IMG/VR virus record: IMGVR_UViG_3300049855_000345
Span: 3,534 to 67,533 of that record
Length of the DNA stretch: 64,000 nucleotides
Origin: a virus
Strand: one strand, 5' to 3'
Both the position numbers and the translations under genes were made by a program. A model generated the notes under the pieces. It saw only the letters and a list, made by a program, of their open reading frames with translations, ran no database searches and had not been told where the DNA came from. Numbering within the stretch: position 1 is the stretch's first letter; each line of letters starts with the position of its first letter. Below, piece after piece: positions 1 through 9,744 of this stretch.

Positions 1-327
1 CCAGGACTCTGACCCTCTGCCGTCTTCAGTATAATACCCAAGCATGCCTATAATCATATTCTGAACTAAAGCATCTGGATCGAAATCCATATCTTTTCCG
101 CACATCGTAGATGCTCTAACAGCATAACGAGCAGCTTCAGCAATTTTGGACTCCAAAACTTTTCTCTCCGGGGATTTTGTTCCAGTCAGTAACGTCATTG
201 GAGGAGGGCCGGTAAATCCGTCAGAATCTTTAGAATAGATCCAATGATCTTCGGGTAGCGGCAAACTACCTGTGTAAAACGCGCTACCGTCAGGTAATAC
301 AAAAACACCATCATCAATCTTACTCAT
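1..327 (-). CDS. hypothetical phage protein (runs off window edge)
   Basis: Hand translation MSKIDDGVFVLPDGSAFYTGSLPLPEDHWIY..., open to base 1; GAGGTG Shine-Dalgarno (SD) upstream. Confidence 0.7.
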   Translation of the reverse strand, partial: MSKIDDGVFVLPDGSAFYTGSLPLPEDHWIYSKDSDGFTGPPPMTLLTGTKSPERKVLESKIAEAARYAVRASTMCGKDMDFDPDALVQNMIIGMLGYYTEDGRGSESW

Positions 328-334
328 AATCACC

Positions 335-679
335 TCACATATTCCTTAGACAGTAAACAAAAATTGGTTTTCCATTTAGGGACTTTGGCAGATCACATAG
401 CCTAGCTTTGGTGACCACAACCAAAAGCTCATTAATGTCTGGGTGGTCCATGTAACGCCTGACCTGACTTGCCAGCTGGTTGGCGCTACCGTCCAGTTTG
501 ACCTCAATGCCTCGACCACCGGTTAAAAGGAAATCTACCCGGTCTCGCGGAGACAAGGTGTATTCTCGGGAGAACTCTAAGGAGTTTGTGGTCAACGCCT
601 TCGCGATGCCTTCCTGAAGTTCTTTCTCAGTATTGAAACTGAAGCGGTAAGAGGCTAAAATCTTCTGGACGTCAAACAC
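335..679 (-). CDS. PD-(D/E)XK nuclease-like protein
   Basis: E...RVDFLL...GIEVK motif spacing. Confidence 0.55.
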   Translation of the reverse strand: MFDVQKILASYRFSFNTEKELQEGIAKALTTNSLEFSREYTLSPRDRVDFLLTGGRGIEVKLDGSANQLASQVRRYMDHPDINELLVVVTKARLCDLPKSLNGKPIFVYCLRNM

Positions 680-903
680 TACTCACATTTTACCTGAGTT
701 GCCTGATTTCCTGGGAACATATCAATCCAGGACTGTGTGTTTGTAAGAACTTTAGCGTCAGTAATAGCGGCTTCCACCTCGAAACGCTCTGCCTTTACGC
801 CATAGGCAAGCTCATTAGCCAAATAATCAGAGTACTTTGCGGCGTCCTCAAATCGACCATTAAGTAGAGAAACAAGTAGATTACGAAGATTACGATCAAG
901 CAT
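679..903 (-). CDS. hypothetical protein
   Basis: ORF; start moved to ATG 903 behind an AGGAG SD. Confidence 0.6.
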   Translation of the reverse strand: MLDRNLRNLLVSLLNGRFEDAAKYSDYLANELAYGVKAERFEVEAAITDAKVLTNTQSWIDMFPGNQATQVKCE

Positions 904-1162
904 GGCTAGTCTCCTTTTCAATAATTGCTACAATTTCGTCACGAGTCTTGGGATTCCAGTTTAGGATGGCTCCTGTCTCTAAGTCAATCTGGAAACTGAC
1001 GTGAGGCCTATCTTCATGGTTGTAGGTGAGCACACCCTTTTCCATGAAAGTCTCAGCCCACTCATCGACTTCGCAAACAACATTTCCATTGGAATCGCTA
1101 ATAGTTCCCACATACTCGTAGGGCATGGTTACATTTAGCACAGTTCCGTACTTAGCTGACAT
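896..1162 (-). CDS. hypothetical protein
   Basis: ORF; start moved to MSAKYG (1162) to avoid overlap with the upstream gene. Confidence 0.6.
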   Translation of the reverse strand: MSAKYGTVLNVTMPYEYVGTISDSNGNVVCEVDEWAETFMEKGVLTYNHEDRPHVSFQIDLETGAILNWNPKTRDEIVAIIEKETSHA

Positions 1163-1163
1163 A

Positions 1164-1667
1164 TTACTTCTCGATTGGCATTTTGTTTGCGGCAGCTTCG
1201 CATGTTTGCGCCAGGTTATCGTAGATAGGAATACCAGGCATTTTGGTGGATAGTGTATAGCGCAGATAGCGTTCGTTGGTGAAACCAGGTTCAATACCTA
1301 CCACCATAGTACAGCGGCCAACACTCTGCAGAGCGGCGTGCTCCCCTAGCTCAAATCGCGTAGTCTGCGCGTAGGCTCGGCCTGGAACAGAGAACTCCTC
1401 TTTAGCCAGCCAGAATAGTACGACACCTTCTGTGGCAGCACGTTCTAGGTAGTAGTGCTCCCAAGCATACTGCTGTGTGAGTTCCTCTAGTGTAAGCTTT
1501 TGCATTTCAAGCCGACGAGGACTCGCAATGTCAAAAACCGCCGAAGAATAACCAAGGTTATCGATCGCACGAGCTTGCCAGTCCGGTGCGCCCTGGATAG
1601 GGCCAGCCAAAAAGATGACACGATTCTTAGGAACGGTCAAAACCGGAGGACGGTAAACGGTAAGCAT
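1164..1667 (-). CDS. nucleoside 2-deoxyribosyltransferase-like protein
   Basis: IFLAGPIQGAPDWQ, SPRR, WE..YL..A, FWL, TRFELG motifs. Confidence 0.8.
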   Translation of the reverse strand: MLTVYRPPVLTVPKNRVIFLAGPIQGAPDWQARAIDNLGYSSAVFDIASPRRLEMQKLTLEELTQQYAWEHYYLERAATEGVVLFWLAKEEFSVPGRAYAQTTRFELGEHAALQSVGRCTMVVGIEPGFTNERYLRYTLSTKMPGIPIYDNLAQTCEAAANKMPIEK

Positions 1668-1846
1668 TAATAGTCTTTCCTGTACGTAGCGACCAAAATC
1701 TCCATGGCGAGTTGACGAGCTTCTCGTAGACTCAGTTCCAGGTCTTCTCCACAGACTGTAACAGCAATTACATTTTCTGTGGGCTGATGATCATTGATGA
1801 AATGGTTTCCGTGACCAAAACTGCATTCACAAAGAGGACAACTCAT
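1667..1846 (-). CDS. small CxxC protein (59 aa, below the ORF-track cutoff)
   Basis: MSCPLCECSFGHG...RKDY*; start and stop overlap both neighbours; AAGGAG SD. Confidence 0.6.
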   Translation of the reverse strand: MSCPLCECSFGHGNHFINDHQPTENVIAVTVCGEDLELSLREARQLAMEILVATYRKDY

Positions 1847-2214
1847 AGCCCTAACTCCTTATTCCTCTTCGCTAGCCTCTCATCAAGAATCGCGTAGATC
1901 GCATCCGGCTTCTCCGCCCAGCGTTTGTATTCTTCCCAGGTCATCCCTAAGTACTCATGAAGTTCAAGCTTAGAGTTACCGTCGTGCCACTTATCCACGG
2001 CGTCATCCATGACTTCCTGGATATCCTTCCAGGCATAATCTCCGCGAGCAAGGCGGTCGATCAGTGAGGTCTGGTGCCGTTTCTCAAACCAGCCGCGGAC
2101 GCATACAGCAGGCCAAACAATAGAAGCTAGCAGCAAAGATATAAGGATATAAAAAAGGCCCTTGACTATAAGCACAACTTTATCCGCCAGGCTCGATTCA
2201 TATTCGTTGTACAT
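1843..2214 (-). CDS. hypothetical membrane-anchored protein
   Basis: N-terminal hydrophobic helix; WH...LHEYLGMTWEEY motif. Confidence 0.65.
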   Translation of the reverse strand: MYNEYESSLADKVVLIVKGLFYILISLLLASIVWPAVCVRGWFEKRHQTSLIDRLARGDYAWKDIQEVMDDAVDKWHDGNSKLELHEYLGMTWEEYKRWAEKPDAIYAILDERLAKRNKELGL

Positions 2215-2215
2215 C

Positions 2216-2452
2216 CTAGTACTCCCTATGTATCTTTTTAGATAGTTTCTTAGTGACTGACCAGACTAGTCGAATGACGCCGCCTAATACATAGCACACT
2301 AAAAGTAAAGCCGAGAACCCCGAAGTTCCTGTGTGGTATACCTCGGCACATACCACAAGAGTTAGGACCACCAAAGAAGCCCAGTACATAAACCAAAACA
2401 TCAACTGTTGGGCTGTTTCGAACTCTTCCGAAGTTAGGTTGTCTCTGGACAT
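2216..2452 (-). CDS. small two-TM membrane protein
   Basis: Two hydrophobic stretches; GAGGAG SD. Confidence 0.6.
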   Translation of the reverse strand: MSRDNLTSEEFETAQQLMFWFMYWASLVVLTLVVCAEVYHTGTSGFSALLLVCYVLGGVIRLVWSVTKKLSKKIHREY

Positions 2453-3060
2453 ACACTACTCTCCTCAGCCACCGGATTTTCCACAGCCATCATAGCTAGC
2501 TTAGCCGACACCGCTTCATCGATTGCATAATTAATACCATCAATGATTTTGTTCTGAAACATCTGGATGTCGATTGGGTCTGGGGCGTTGTAACCGCCAG
2601 CGCTAACATAAGCAGCGATATGGCGAAGAGCCTCACAGGCTTCCTGTTCCCTTTGAACAATGGTATCCAGCCCTGCTTGATTACTCGAAACCTCTGGATC
2701 ATCCTCGAAAAAATCCTTAGGGTCCCAGACCAAGCCATTCGTTTCGTAAGATTCCCACTCCTCGTCTGTCAGCGGCCGGAATTCTCCCTCCAGCCACTGA
2801 TCATCCTCTCCCCAGTAATCTCTGTTAGATTTTAAATCTCCTTCCCAAAGAGAGATACCAACAGGAGCAGTGCCTAAATCAGAGCATAGCTCTTCCTGAC
2901 TTACACAATCCAACCAGTAGGCGAGACTTGCACCTATCCAATCAATAAGAATTGATTTCCGACCATCTGAGGCCACTAGCGCCAGACAACCAGAGTTTTT
3001 CTTGTATTTCTGCGGGTTTCTGGATACAGAAGGCTGCAGAATTTGGAAAACATAACTCAT
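2434..3060 (-). CDS. hypothetical protein (paralog of 12273..12650)
   Basis: Shared VASDG / DLG..AP.GIS.WEG / G.FR..T.EE motifs. Confidence 0.7.
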   Translation of the reverse strand: MSYVFQILQPSVSRNPQKYKKNSGCLALVASDGRKSILIDWIGASLAYWLDCVSQEELCSDLGTAPVGISLWEGDLKSNRDYWGEDDQWLEGEFRPLTDEEWESYETNGLVWDPKDFFEDDPEVSSNQAGLDTIVQREQEACEALRHIAAYVSAGGYNAPDPIDIQMFQNKIIDGINYAIDEAVSAKLAMMAVENPVAEESSVCPETT

Positions 3061-4679
3061 CAGAACTTCTCCTCGGTAGATGTCAAATACTTCGCCATGA
3101 TGTTACGACGACTACCATCTTCCTGGAAGAATACAGTGGCTGTGGCGTCCCCAGAGATCCCTCCAGATTGAACCTTCTCGACACGTCCAATACCAAACTT
3201 GGTATGACGAACGAACTGTCCAATTCGGAGTCCGCCCTCTTTGGCCTTCTGTGCCGCTGCGTTGGCTACAGCAGGAGTAATGTTGGAACGCTTGGTGCAA
3301 ATATCACAAATACCGCAGGACCGGTAATCGTCATTAGTGTCACCGAAATAGTGAAGGAAACCCAGCATCCTACACTCCGTATCCTGGGTGTAGTTATACA
3401 TAGCCTCGATCTTTTCTAGGTGATACTTCAAAGTATCTGAGTACGGTTTACGATACCCAGGGTCGCCCTTCGTGTAGCACTCGTAGGCTTTGTTGGCAGC
3501 CTTGAAGGTCATCAACTTACCTAGGATTTGTTTCAGAGTTTCCTCATCCAGGTGAGGGCAGCGATCATGCAATTTCGGGAAGCTCTGAGGCTGGTCTGTT
3601 AGCAAATTGTAGACGGTGTCCAATTGAGACAGCTTAGGGTAGTTTTTATCAAAAAACCACTGCTGCTTGGCTTTATCTTCGTAATTCGTGTACAATACCG
3701 CTTTGCTAGGTAGACCGTCACGACCGGCACGGCCAATTTCCTGGTAGTAACCTTCTAAGGAACTAGGCATGCTTAGGTGTAGTACTGTACGGATATTTGC
3801 CTTATCGACACCCATGCCAAAAGCAATAGTGGCTACGATTATATCTAGCTCACCGCTCATGAATCTCGTCTGAACGTCAGCACGAACCTTAGGTGTCATC
3901 CCCGCATGGTACCCAGCGCACTTGTGACCCTTCTGCTTTAGAAGATCCGCAACCGACTCGGTCTGTTTTCGAGTAGAGGAGTAGACGATAGCAGGTTTCG
4001 TAGAAGGATTACCTAGGTAGTTCACTACAGCCTGCTCACGGCCCTTAACCGGCATAGTAACAATTGAAATACCGATATTGGTACGACGGAAACCGTGGAC
4101 AAGCATCTCAGCAGCAGGCTTACCTAGCTGCTCCATAATATCCAGCTGAACCTTCGGGGTTGCCGTGGCGGTCAAAGCGATAACAGGCACGTTCTTAGGG
4201 ATGCGATCTTTAATGAGACGATAGTCTGGTCGGAATTCCGCTCCCCATGTACTAATACAATGGGACTCGTCGACAGCAATAAGGTCAGGTGGGTGATTGT
4301 GTATATGATGCACAAACTCATCAACACCTAAACGTTCCGGAGCGATAAAAAGATACTGCAGTTCTCCGGATAACCACTTACTCAGAGCTTCGTTTGCCTC
4401 AGACTCTTTCAACCCAGAATGGATTCGAGCAGCATGAAGTCCGAGAGCATTGAGCTTTGAATACTGGTCGTCCATCAGCGCAATGAGGGGGCTTATTACT
4501 AGTGTCCTGCCTCTAAGAAGACCTGGAAGCTGGTAACATAGACTTTTTCCCCCGCCTGTTGGCATTACAAGCAGAATATCTTGACCTTTAAAAGCAGTTT
4601 CACAGACCAATTTTTGAGGGCCTCGGAAATCCTGCAATTTGAAAATATTCTGTAATGTGTTCTGAAATATGTCGGTCAT
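3060..4679 (-). CDS. recQ: RecQ-family DNA helicase with a C-terminal PcrA/UvrD-type Tudor-like domain
   Basis: MPTGGGKS, DESHCISTWG..FRPDY, ALTATA, ATIAFGMGVDK, YYQEIGRAGRDG, RQC Zn motif CR...CGICDIC. Confidence 0.95.
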   Translation of the reverse strand: MTDIFQNTLQNIFKLQDFRGPQKLVCETAFKGQDILLVMPTGGGKSLCYQLPGLLRGRTLVISPLIALMDDQYSKLNALGLHAARIHSGLKESEANEALSKWLSGELQYLFIAPERLGVDEFVHHIHNHPPDLIAVDESHCISTWGAEFRPDYRLIKDRIPKNVPVIALTATATPKVQLDIMEQLGKPAAEMLVHGFRRTNIGISIVTMPVKGREQAVVNYLGNPSTKPAIVYSSTRKQTESVADLLKQKGHKCAGYHAGMTPKVRADVQTRFMSGELDIIVATIAFGMGVDKANIRTVLHLSMPSSLEGYYQEIGRAGRDGLPSKAVLYTNYEDKAKQQWFFDKNYPKLSQLDTVYNLLTDQPQSFPKLHDRCPHLDEETLKQILGKLMTFKAANKAYECYTKGDPGYRKPYSDTLKYHLEKIEAMYNYTQDTECRMLGFLHYFGDTNDDYRSCGICDICTKRSNITPAVANAAAQKAKEGGLRIGQFVRHTKFGIGRVEKVQSGGISGDATATVFFQEDGSRRNIMAKYLTSTEEKF

Positions 4680-5203
4680 TGTGCCTTGAAAAATTCTGGA
4701 TCGACAGCGAGTTCTGCTTTGCGTCTAACTTCTACGGCTTCGTCCTGGGTGTCGAACATGCCAAGGTGCCTATTTTTGCCGTCGTACTTGATCATAGCAT
4801 ACCATTTCTTATGGCGCTTATGCCAGTACACGCCGCGCGTTGTTATTCCTGATTTTCTATTATTGTGACCTTTATGGTTTCTGCCATTCTGCACGTACGT
4901 GCAAAACCTAAGATTACTACGTCTATTGTTTAGACCATCATTGTCTACGTGGTCGATAAGTAAGTCGCCAGTTCCCATTAGAAGCCTATGCATACCTACT
5001 TTATTCCTTTTACCAGTCGAGTCCCGTATATGAGTTTCTGCGTATACTCCATTTACTTTTCGGTGAGCGTGCCAGTTATGATCTTTAACAAGGTCAAAAT
5101 CTGCGGTATCAATAATTGCAAAAAGCCTCTGCGACAGAGGGATGATCGTCGTACCGTCCTCACGGTGTACGGAGGCTAGCAGAGTTCTATTAAATTTCGT
5201 CAC
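4676..5203 (-). CDS. HNH-AP2 homing endonuclease
   Basis: MHRLL...IDHVDNDGLNNRRSNLR followed by AP2-like GVYWHK..KKWYA.I...HLG.F. Confidence 0.9.
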   Translation of the reverse strand: MTKFNRTLLASVHREDGTTIIPLSQRLFAIIDTADFDLVKDHNWHAHRKVNGVYAETHIRDSTGKRNKVGMHRLLMGTGDLLIDHVDNDGLNNRRSNLRFCTYVQNGRNHKGHNNRKSGITTRGVYWHKRHKKWYAMIKYDGKNRHLGMFDTQDEAVEVRRKAELAVDPEFFKAQ

Positions 5204-5559
5204 TCTTCCACCAAGCCAGGATACTTCTCGTGAAGTAGTTTTTCGAGCGGGGTCCGAGCAAACCCTGTCGTCACGGAACTCACAAAGAGACGCTCTGGAA
5301 AATACTCTTCTTCAAAGCCGTACTGCATCATTGTTTGAGCGAAAACAATACCGGCAAGAACACAGGCACCCTCATCAGAACCCGCAGTAACGACAATATC
5401 TTCCCGACCTTGAATACCGTCGATGTCGAAATGCAAACGAACGGCGCGACGGTCTTTAACTGCCAATGCTTTAGATGGCATAGATCGATCAATGTAGCTA
5501 CTTGACATAATCCCTTCCTTTACCTTATGTGCGCCACATACGGGCGACTCGGTTGTCAT
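5200..5559 (-). CDS. hypothetical protein
   Basis: ORF in operon-like array; start uncertain. Confidence 0.55.
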   Translation of the reverse strand: MTTESPVCGAHKVKEGIMSSSYIDRSMPSKALAVKDRRAVRLHFDIDGIQGREDIVVTAGSDEGACVLAGIVFAQTMMQYGFEEEYFPERLFVSSVTTGFARTPLEKLLHEKYPGLVEE

Positions 5560-5713
5560 CCATATCTTTAGTTTTACGCTTAGCTAATAGGAAAGCTCGT
5601 GTAATACTGTTGGTTTCCTTTTGGGATTTGCCGTGCAGGTCCATCGCTTTTAACTCGTCGTAGCTCTCAAAGAGAGCCTGGATACTAGCGTCTACGGTGT
5701 GTGCAGACATCAA
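5525..5713 (-). CDS. hypothetical protein
   Basis: Short ORF overlapping its neighbours. Confidence 0.45.
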   Translation of the reverse strand: MMSAHTVDASIQALFESYDELKAMDLHGKSQKETNSITRAFLLAKRKTKDMDDNRVARMWRT

Positions 5714-5982
5714 CCACCTTCAAAATCGGCAATTTTATGGTCTAGCCTAATAGCTGCCAGCTTACTCTGGATAGAGTCCAGCCACCCTGAAGCAGCGTCA
5801 CAAGCAAACTGCCAAGGCACATAGCCAGGATCGTTGAAACCTGGCATTTCTCCGCTGGTGATTACCACGGTACCATTATAGGTGCGCATTTGAAGGTACC
5901 ACCACCATTCCTTCAAAAAAGCTGAATAGTTAAGGGACAGCAATAAAGTACCAGTCAATTGTTTTTCGTATTTGGTTGTCAT
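5710..5982 (-). CDS. hypothetical protein
   Basis: ORF abutting neighbours; GGAG SD. Confidence 0.55.
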   Translation of the reverse strand: MTTKYEKQLTGTLLLSLNYSAFLKEWWWYLQMRTYNGTVVITSGEMPGFNDPGYVPWQFACDAASGWLDSIQSKLAAIRLDHKIADFEGG

Positions 5983-6339
5983 TCATAGCTCCGTGAAGTC
6001 CCTGTCACCATAGCATGCCCGCCAGCTCCTGATGAACTCTGCACCAACATCAAAACTGAGGTAGGTGCACTTCTGCATGCCGGATTCACTGTAGCTTATA
6101 CCAGAAGGCGAAAGACCGACGACTTTAAAATGCTTGCGTAGACCTTCCAGGATCTTCTGGTCACCGAAGAGACATTCTAGCTCCTCAATAGTTTTTGACT
6201 CGTCGAAATGTAGACATAACTCGCCCCACGTAGGCTTCAGGTCAAATTCTCGTAGTTCCAGCTTCTGGAACTTTACAGGTTTACTAGGCTGGTTGCCACC
6301 CCACGTGCGAGTATCCGTTGTGTATAATTTTAGTGACAT
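5983..6339 (-). CDS. hypothetical protein
   Basis: First gene behind a sigma70-like promoter; YSESGMQ motif. Confidence 0.65.
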   Translation of the reverse strand: MSLKLYTTDTRTWGGNQPSKPVKFQKLELREFDLKPTWGELCLHFDESKTIEELECLFGDQKILEGLRKHFKVVGLSPSGISYSESGMQKCTYLSFDVGAEFIRSWRACYGDRDFTEL

Positions 6340-6358
6340 AGTGAGACCTTTCTGTCGT

Positions 6359-6387
6359 AGAATAGAAAATTACTAGCAGAAAGTCAA
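6359..6387 (-). promoter_or_regulatory. sigma70-type promoter for the leftward accessory operon
   Basis: TTGACT-17 nt-TATTCT on the minus strand, 19 nt before the ATG at 6339. Confidence 0.65.
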
Positions 6388-7140
6388 GAGGTGATGTAAA
6401 GCCGTCAGTGACTTAGTGCGTCAAAGCGGACTAAGTCAGGAGGCTAGCTGGATTTCTCACCAAAAACAAACTGAAGATGCGATAGCTTCTTCATGCTCTC
6501 TACACGACAATGGTTTTGTAGGCGAAAGTAGGTAGATATTGCGAGAGCAATAACTTCCTTAGAGCAGTTTGGGGAGCTGGTGGCGCAACGAAGTGGGATA
6601 CGATCTCTGCATAGAGGTACATCGGCGCACAAGGGTGTACGTAAGGTATTCACAGATTAAAGCAAACTATATGCCAAGGAGCGGGCTAATACTCTCCCAA
6701 AGACTCGTCACTGCTTTTATCAGATCATGAATAACCCTGCTATAGTAGCTTCGTAACAAAGAGTGAATGCGATCTCATCCACCAGGGTACAGAAATTCAG
6801 AAACTTTAGTGTAGGCAATAGTTCACGGCTCGTTGACACGACCAACGGTATAGCAAACTACTGCTCTAGTCACCTAATATACCAAGTATAAACCTATTAC
6901 TATGACGAATTCCCCAGTAGTAGTAGACCGACTTGGGTCTTGTTGTGGCACCACTCGGTTCAAAGTACTAAAACCTACATATGGTGGTATTTTGTCGGGA
7001 ATACAGTAGTTTTGTATTACATTACATACTACGTATTACTAGCTGAGTCACTTAGCCATCCTAGATACTGGTAGATACAGGCACACAGGTTCAATAAACC
7101 CAGTGCCCTACCTAGTCAGGATGGGGAGAGATGCAAAGGT

Positions 7141-8055
7141 ATGTCCGAAATAGTTAATTGCCCTATCACAGACTGCAAACAAAAAGACACTAAATTGCTA
7201 ACCAGTGATTCTGATGTAGCTTTATCCACTCTGCAAAAACTGCGTCTTGAAATCTTGGCGCAGCAAAGAGACAACTTGGCTGTCATAGCGGGAGCCGTTT
7301 GTTCTGATAAACATCTGTTTGACGGAGATCGGTGGTATGACCTTGTTGGGTTTCGTAAACCTGAACCGCCCTCAGTCAAAGAGCCAGAGGTTCTCATATC
7401 TCCTAATCCTCCTAAGAAAACGAAACAAGAGAAAAAACTAGCTTGGTTACGCGAAATTCTGCACTGGCGTAATGACAGCATTTATTTTACGGTTTTTGAT
7501 CCTACCACCCCTGACGGGCCAGTTTTTAAGCAATCTACACGTAAAGATGCAATAGAGATTTACGTTCTGCTAGACCCCCTCGACAATACTGTTCGTTATG
7601 TTGGCGCGTCTTGGCACGCCCGCACAAGATTTCGCAAACACAAAGATCCAAACTATCCAGACAACAACTGGGAGTTGACGAAATGGAAAACAGATGTGAG
7701 GAACAGCTTCCGTTATGCTGTAATCGCCTCTGTGGATCCGGGTGTTTGGGAAGATGCGGAGCGCGCGTGGATTGCCTACTATAGACAGCGTGGGCATGTG
7801 TATAATATTGAGGAAGGTGGTATCTCACCAAGACGCGCAGCGGAAAAAGCACAGCGCCGAGAGAAGCAGAAGAAGCAACCTAAAAAAGCGCCAAAATCAG
7901 AAAAGCTCCCACGTAAACCGAACAAGACAATTCCCAGGTATATTACCGAGAAGCTACCTCCGCCTCCTCCTGGTGAACTACCTCACTACTCTTTCGATTC
8001 TATTTCAACAGCATCTAGGCCGCCAGTTTTTGCTGTATGTGATGACGAGGACTAG
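7141..8055 (+). CDS. GIY-YIG endonuclease-domain protein with basic/proline-rich tail
   Basis: IYVLLDP...VRYVG.S...R..KH, E..WI..Y, YNI..GG. Confidence 0.75.
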   Translation: MSEIVNCPITDCKQKDTKLLTSDSDVALSTLQKLRLEILAQQRDNLAVIAGAVCSDKHLFDGDRWYDLVGFRKPEPPSVKEPEVLISPNPPKKTKQEKKLAWLREILHWRNDSIYFTVFDPTTPDGPVFKQSTRKDAIEIYVLLDPLDNTVRYVGASWHARTRFRKHKDPNYPDNNWELTKWKTDVRNSFRYAVIASVDPGVWEDAERAWIAYYRQRGHVYNIEEGGISPRRAAEKAQRREKQKKQPKKAPKSEKLPRKPNKTIPRYITEKLPPPPPGELPHYSFDSISTASRPPVFAVCDDED

Positions 8056-8072
8056 CCTACTTATCTACTAAG

Positions 8073-8414
8073 GTGGGATACGACCGATTCAAAGTGGCAC
8101 AAAAACGCAGAGAACTACGCATAGCCGCTATCCACTCTAAAGGTGGTTATTGTCAGCTCTGTGGATATGACGGTATGCGCTGCGTGTCAGCGATGCATTT
8201 CCACCATACGGACCCTGCCGAGAAAGACTTCAGTATCTCCACAAAGCTAACGTCCTTTGAAGCCATAAAAGCAGAGCTAATTAAGTGCATTCTGCTTTGT
8301 AATAGGTGCCACAGCGAAGTACATGATGGTCTACACCCTGGCTTCCTTGATTTAGGAAACGACACCTCCTACGAATATGACAATTACTACGAAGACGATT
8401 ATGAAGGAAATTAA
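8073..8414 (+). CDS. HNH endonuclease
   Basis: GGYCQLCGY, FHHTDP..KDFSIS, KCILLCNRCHSEVH. Confidence 0.85.
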   Translation: MGYDRFKVAQKRRELRIAAIHSKGGYCQLCGYDGMRCVSAMHFHHTDPAEKDFSISTKLTSFEAIKAELIKCILLCNRCHSEVHDGLHPGFLDLGNDTSYEYDNYYEDDYEGN

Positions 8415-8461
8415 GCGGAATAGCTGCTTACTCTCCGTAGTTACTCAGTAGGAGTATTACA

Positions 8462-9214
8462 ATGGACTTAGGCGATCGCATGAAGAGGTACGAAGCCTCT
8501 TCTTTGTACCAGTTTCCCGACCGGCTTCCTGTTGTGATTCGTGTCGACGGGAAAGCGTTCCACAGTTACACACGTGGGCTCAGTAAGAACGACCCTGGTA
8601 TCATCAAGGCCATGGACCACGCAGCAAAGACTCTTTGCGAGAAGGTTATGGGCGCTCGCCTGGCTTACGTGCAGTCGGACGAAATCTCGGTTTTGGTCAA
8701 CCCTTGGGGTTCCCATGATTCCCAGGCGTGGTTCGACAACTGCCATCAGAAGTTCGTGTCAACGACCGCTTCTATCGCTGCGGCTGAAGTGACGGCATTA
8801 TCCTACGAGATCTTCGGAAAGGTGAAGCCCGCTTACTTTGACTCTCGTGCATTTGTAATTCCGCACGATGATGTGACGAACTATTTCATCTGGCGCCAGC
8901 AGGATGCTGTCCGTAACTCTATCCAGGTGCTCGGGCAGATGAACTTTTCCCACAAGCAGCTTCACAAGAAGACTTGTAATATGATCCAAGAGATGCTTTT
9001 CCAAGAGAAGGGTATCAACTGGTCTAAGGAGCCTACGCGCTTCAAGCGGGGCTCCTGCGTTGTTAGGCAGGATACCACAGTGGACACGCCTCGTGGCCCG
9101 GCGATTCGCGCCAAATGGGTCGTAGACCTGGAAATCCCCACCTTCACTGAAGACCGTTCATATATCGAAGATCGCATCTGTCCTAAGACGCGAGAAGAGG
9201 ATGATGCGGCATGA
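8462..9214 (+). CDS. thg1: Thg1-like protein (tRNA-His guanylyltransferase / 3'-5' polymerase)
   Basis: DRMKRYE, IRVDGKAFHSYT, YVQSDEIS, FDSR, YFIWRQQDAVRNS, FSHKQL, FKRG. Confidence 0.95.
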   Translation: MDLGDRMKRYEASSLYQFPDRLPVVIRVDGKAFHSYTRGLSKNDPGIIKAMDHAAKTLCEKVMGARLAYVQSDEISVLVNPWGSHDSQAWFDNCHQKFVSTTASIAAAEVTALSYEIFGKVKPAYFDSRAFVIPHDDVTNYFIWRQQDAVRNSIQVLGQMNFSHKQLHKKTCNMIQEMLFQEKGINWSKEPTRFKRGSCVVRQDTTVDTPRGPAIRAKWVVDLEIPTFTEDRSYIEDRICPKTREEDDAA

Positions 9215-9504
9215 ACCGTCACGACATACTGGAACTGTGCGATAAGGCTCTTTTTGCTTTGGAGTTAATGAGGGAACAGCCCCAGCAGTATTATAGCACA
9301 CGAGAAGCTGTAATGACTTCCTGTTGTTCATTTTTGTATATGTTAGAAATTGATTATGACCGTTTCTTTTTGAAACATGCAGGCCCAATCATAGGTAGAA
9401 ACGAGTTTCTTCTAGGGAGAGTAGAAGTAGAGTGGGCCACAAAAGTCCTAGAAGAGACAATTGCTATGATAAACCACAAAAAGCTTGATAACCGAGCGGA
9501 ATGA
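9211..9504 (+). CDS. hypothetical protein
   Basis: ATGA overlap with thg1. Confidence 0.55.
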   Translation: MNRHDILELCDKALFALELMREQPQQYYSTREAVMTSCCSFLYMLEIDYDRFFLKHAGPIIGRNEFLLGRVEVEWATKVLEETIAMINHKKLDNRAE

Positions 9505-9516
9505 AAGGGTACACTA

Positions 9517-9744
9517 ATGAATACCGGTAAAGTACTATACACAGCAGAAATTAAAATGGTTGAGAATGATGATTCCTTATTGGTTATGGCTATCGTGAAC
9601 GGCCAGGTGATGTCCAGGACGTTTGGTATCGCTGAAGCCACTGCCGCTGGTTTTGCTGAGCTGGTGGAAAAAGAAATGGATGTAATTAAGAGCTGGGTTG
9701 AGCTGAAGTCGGCAGAGTTCGCCCTAGGGATGTCTACCAAGTGA
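9517..9744 (+). CDS. hypothetical protein
   Basis: ORF in + strand cluster. Confidence 0.55.
   Translation: MNTGKVLYTAEIKMVENDDSLLVMAIVNGQVMSRTFGIAEATAAGFAELVEKEMDVIKSWVELKSAEFALGMSTK

Noticed and set aside
6444-6653. 69-aa ORF in the intergenic gap
   Set aside because: No SD, atypical composition, no recognisable motif.
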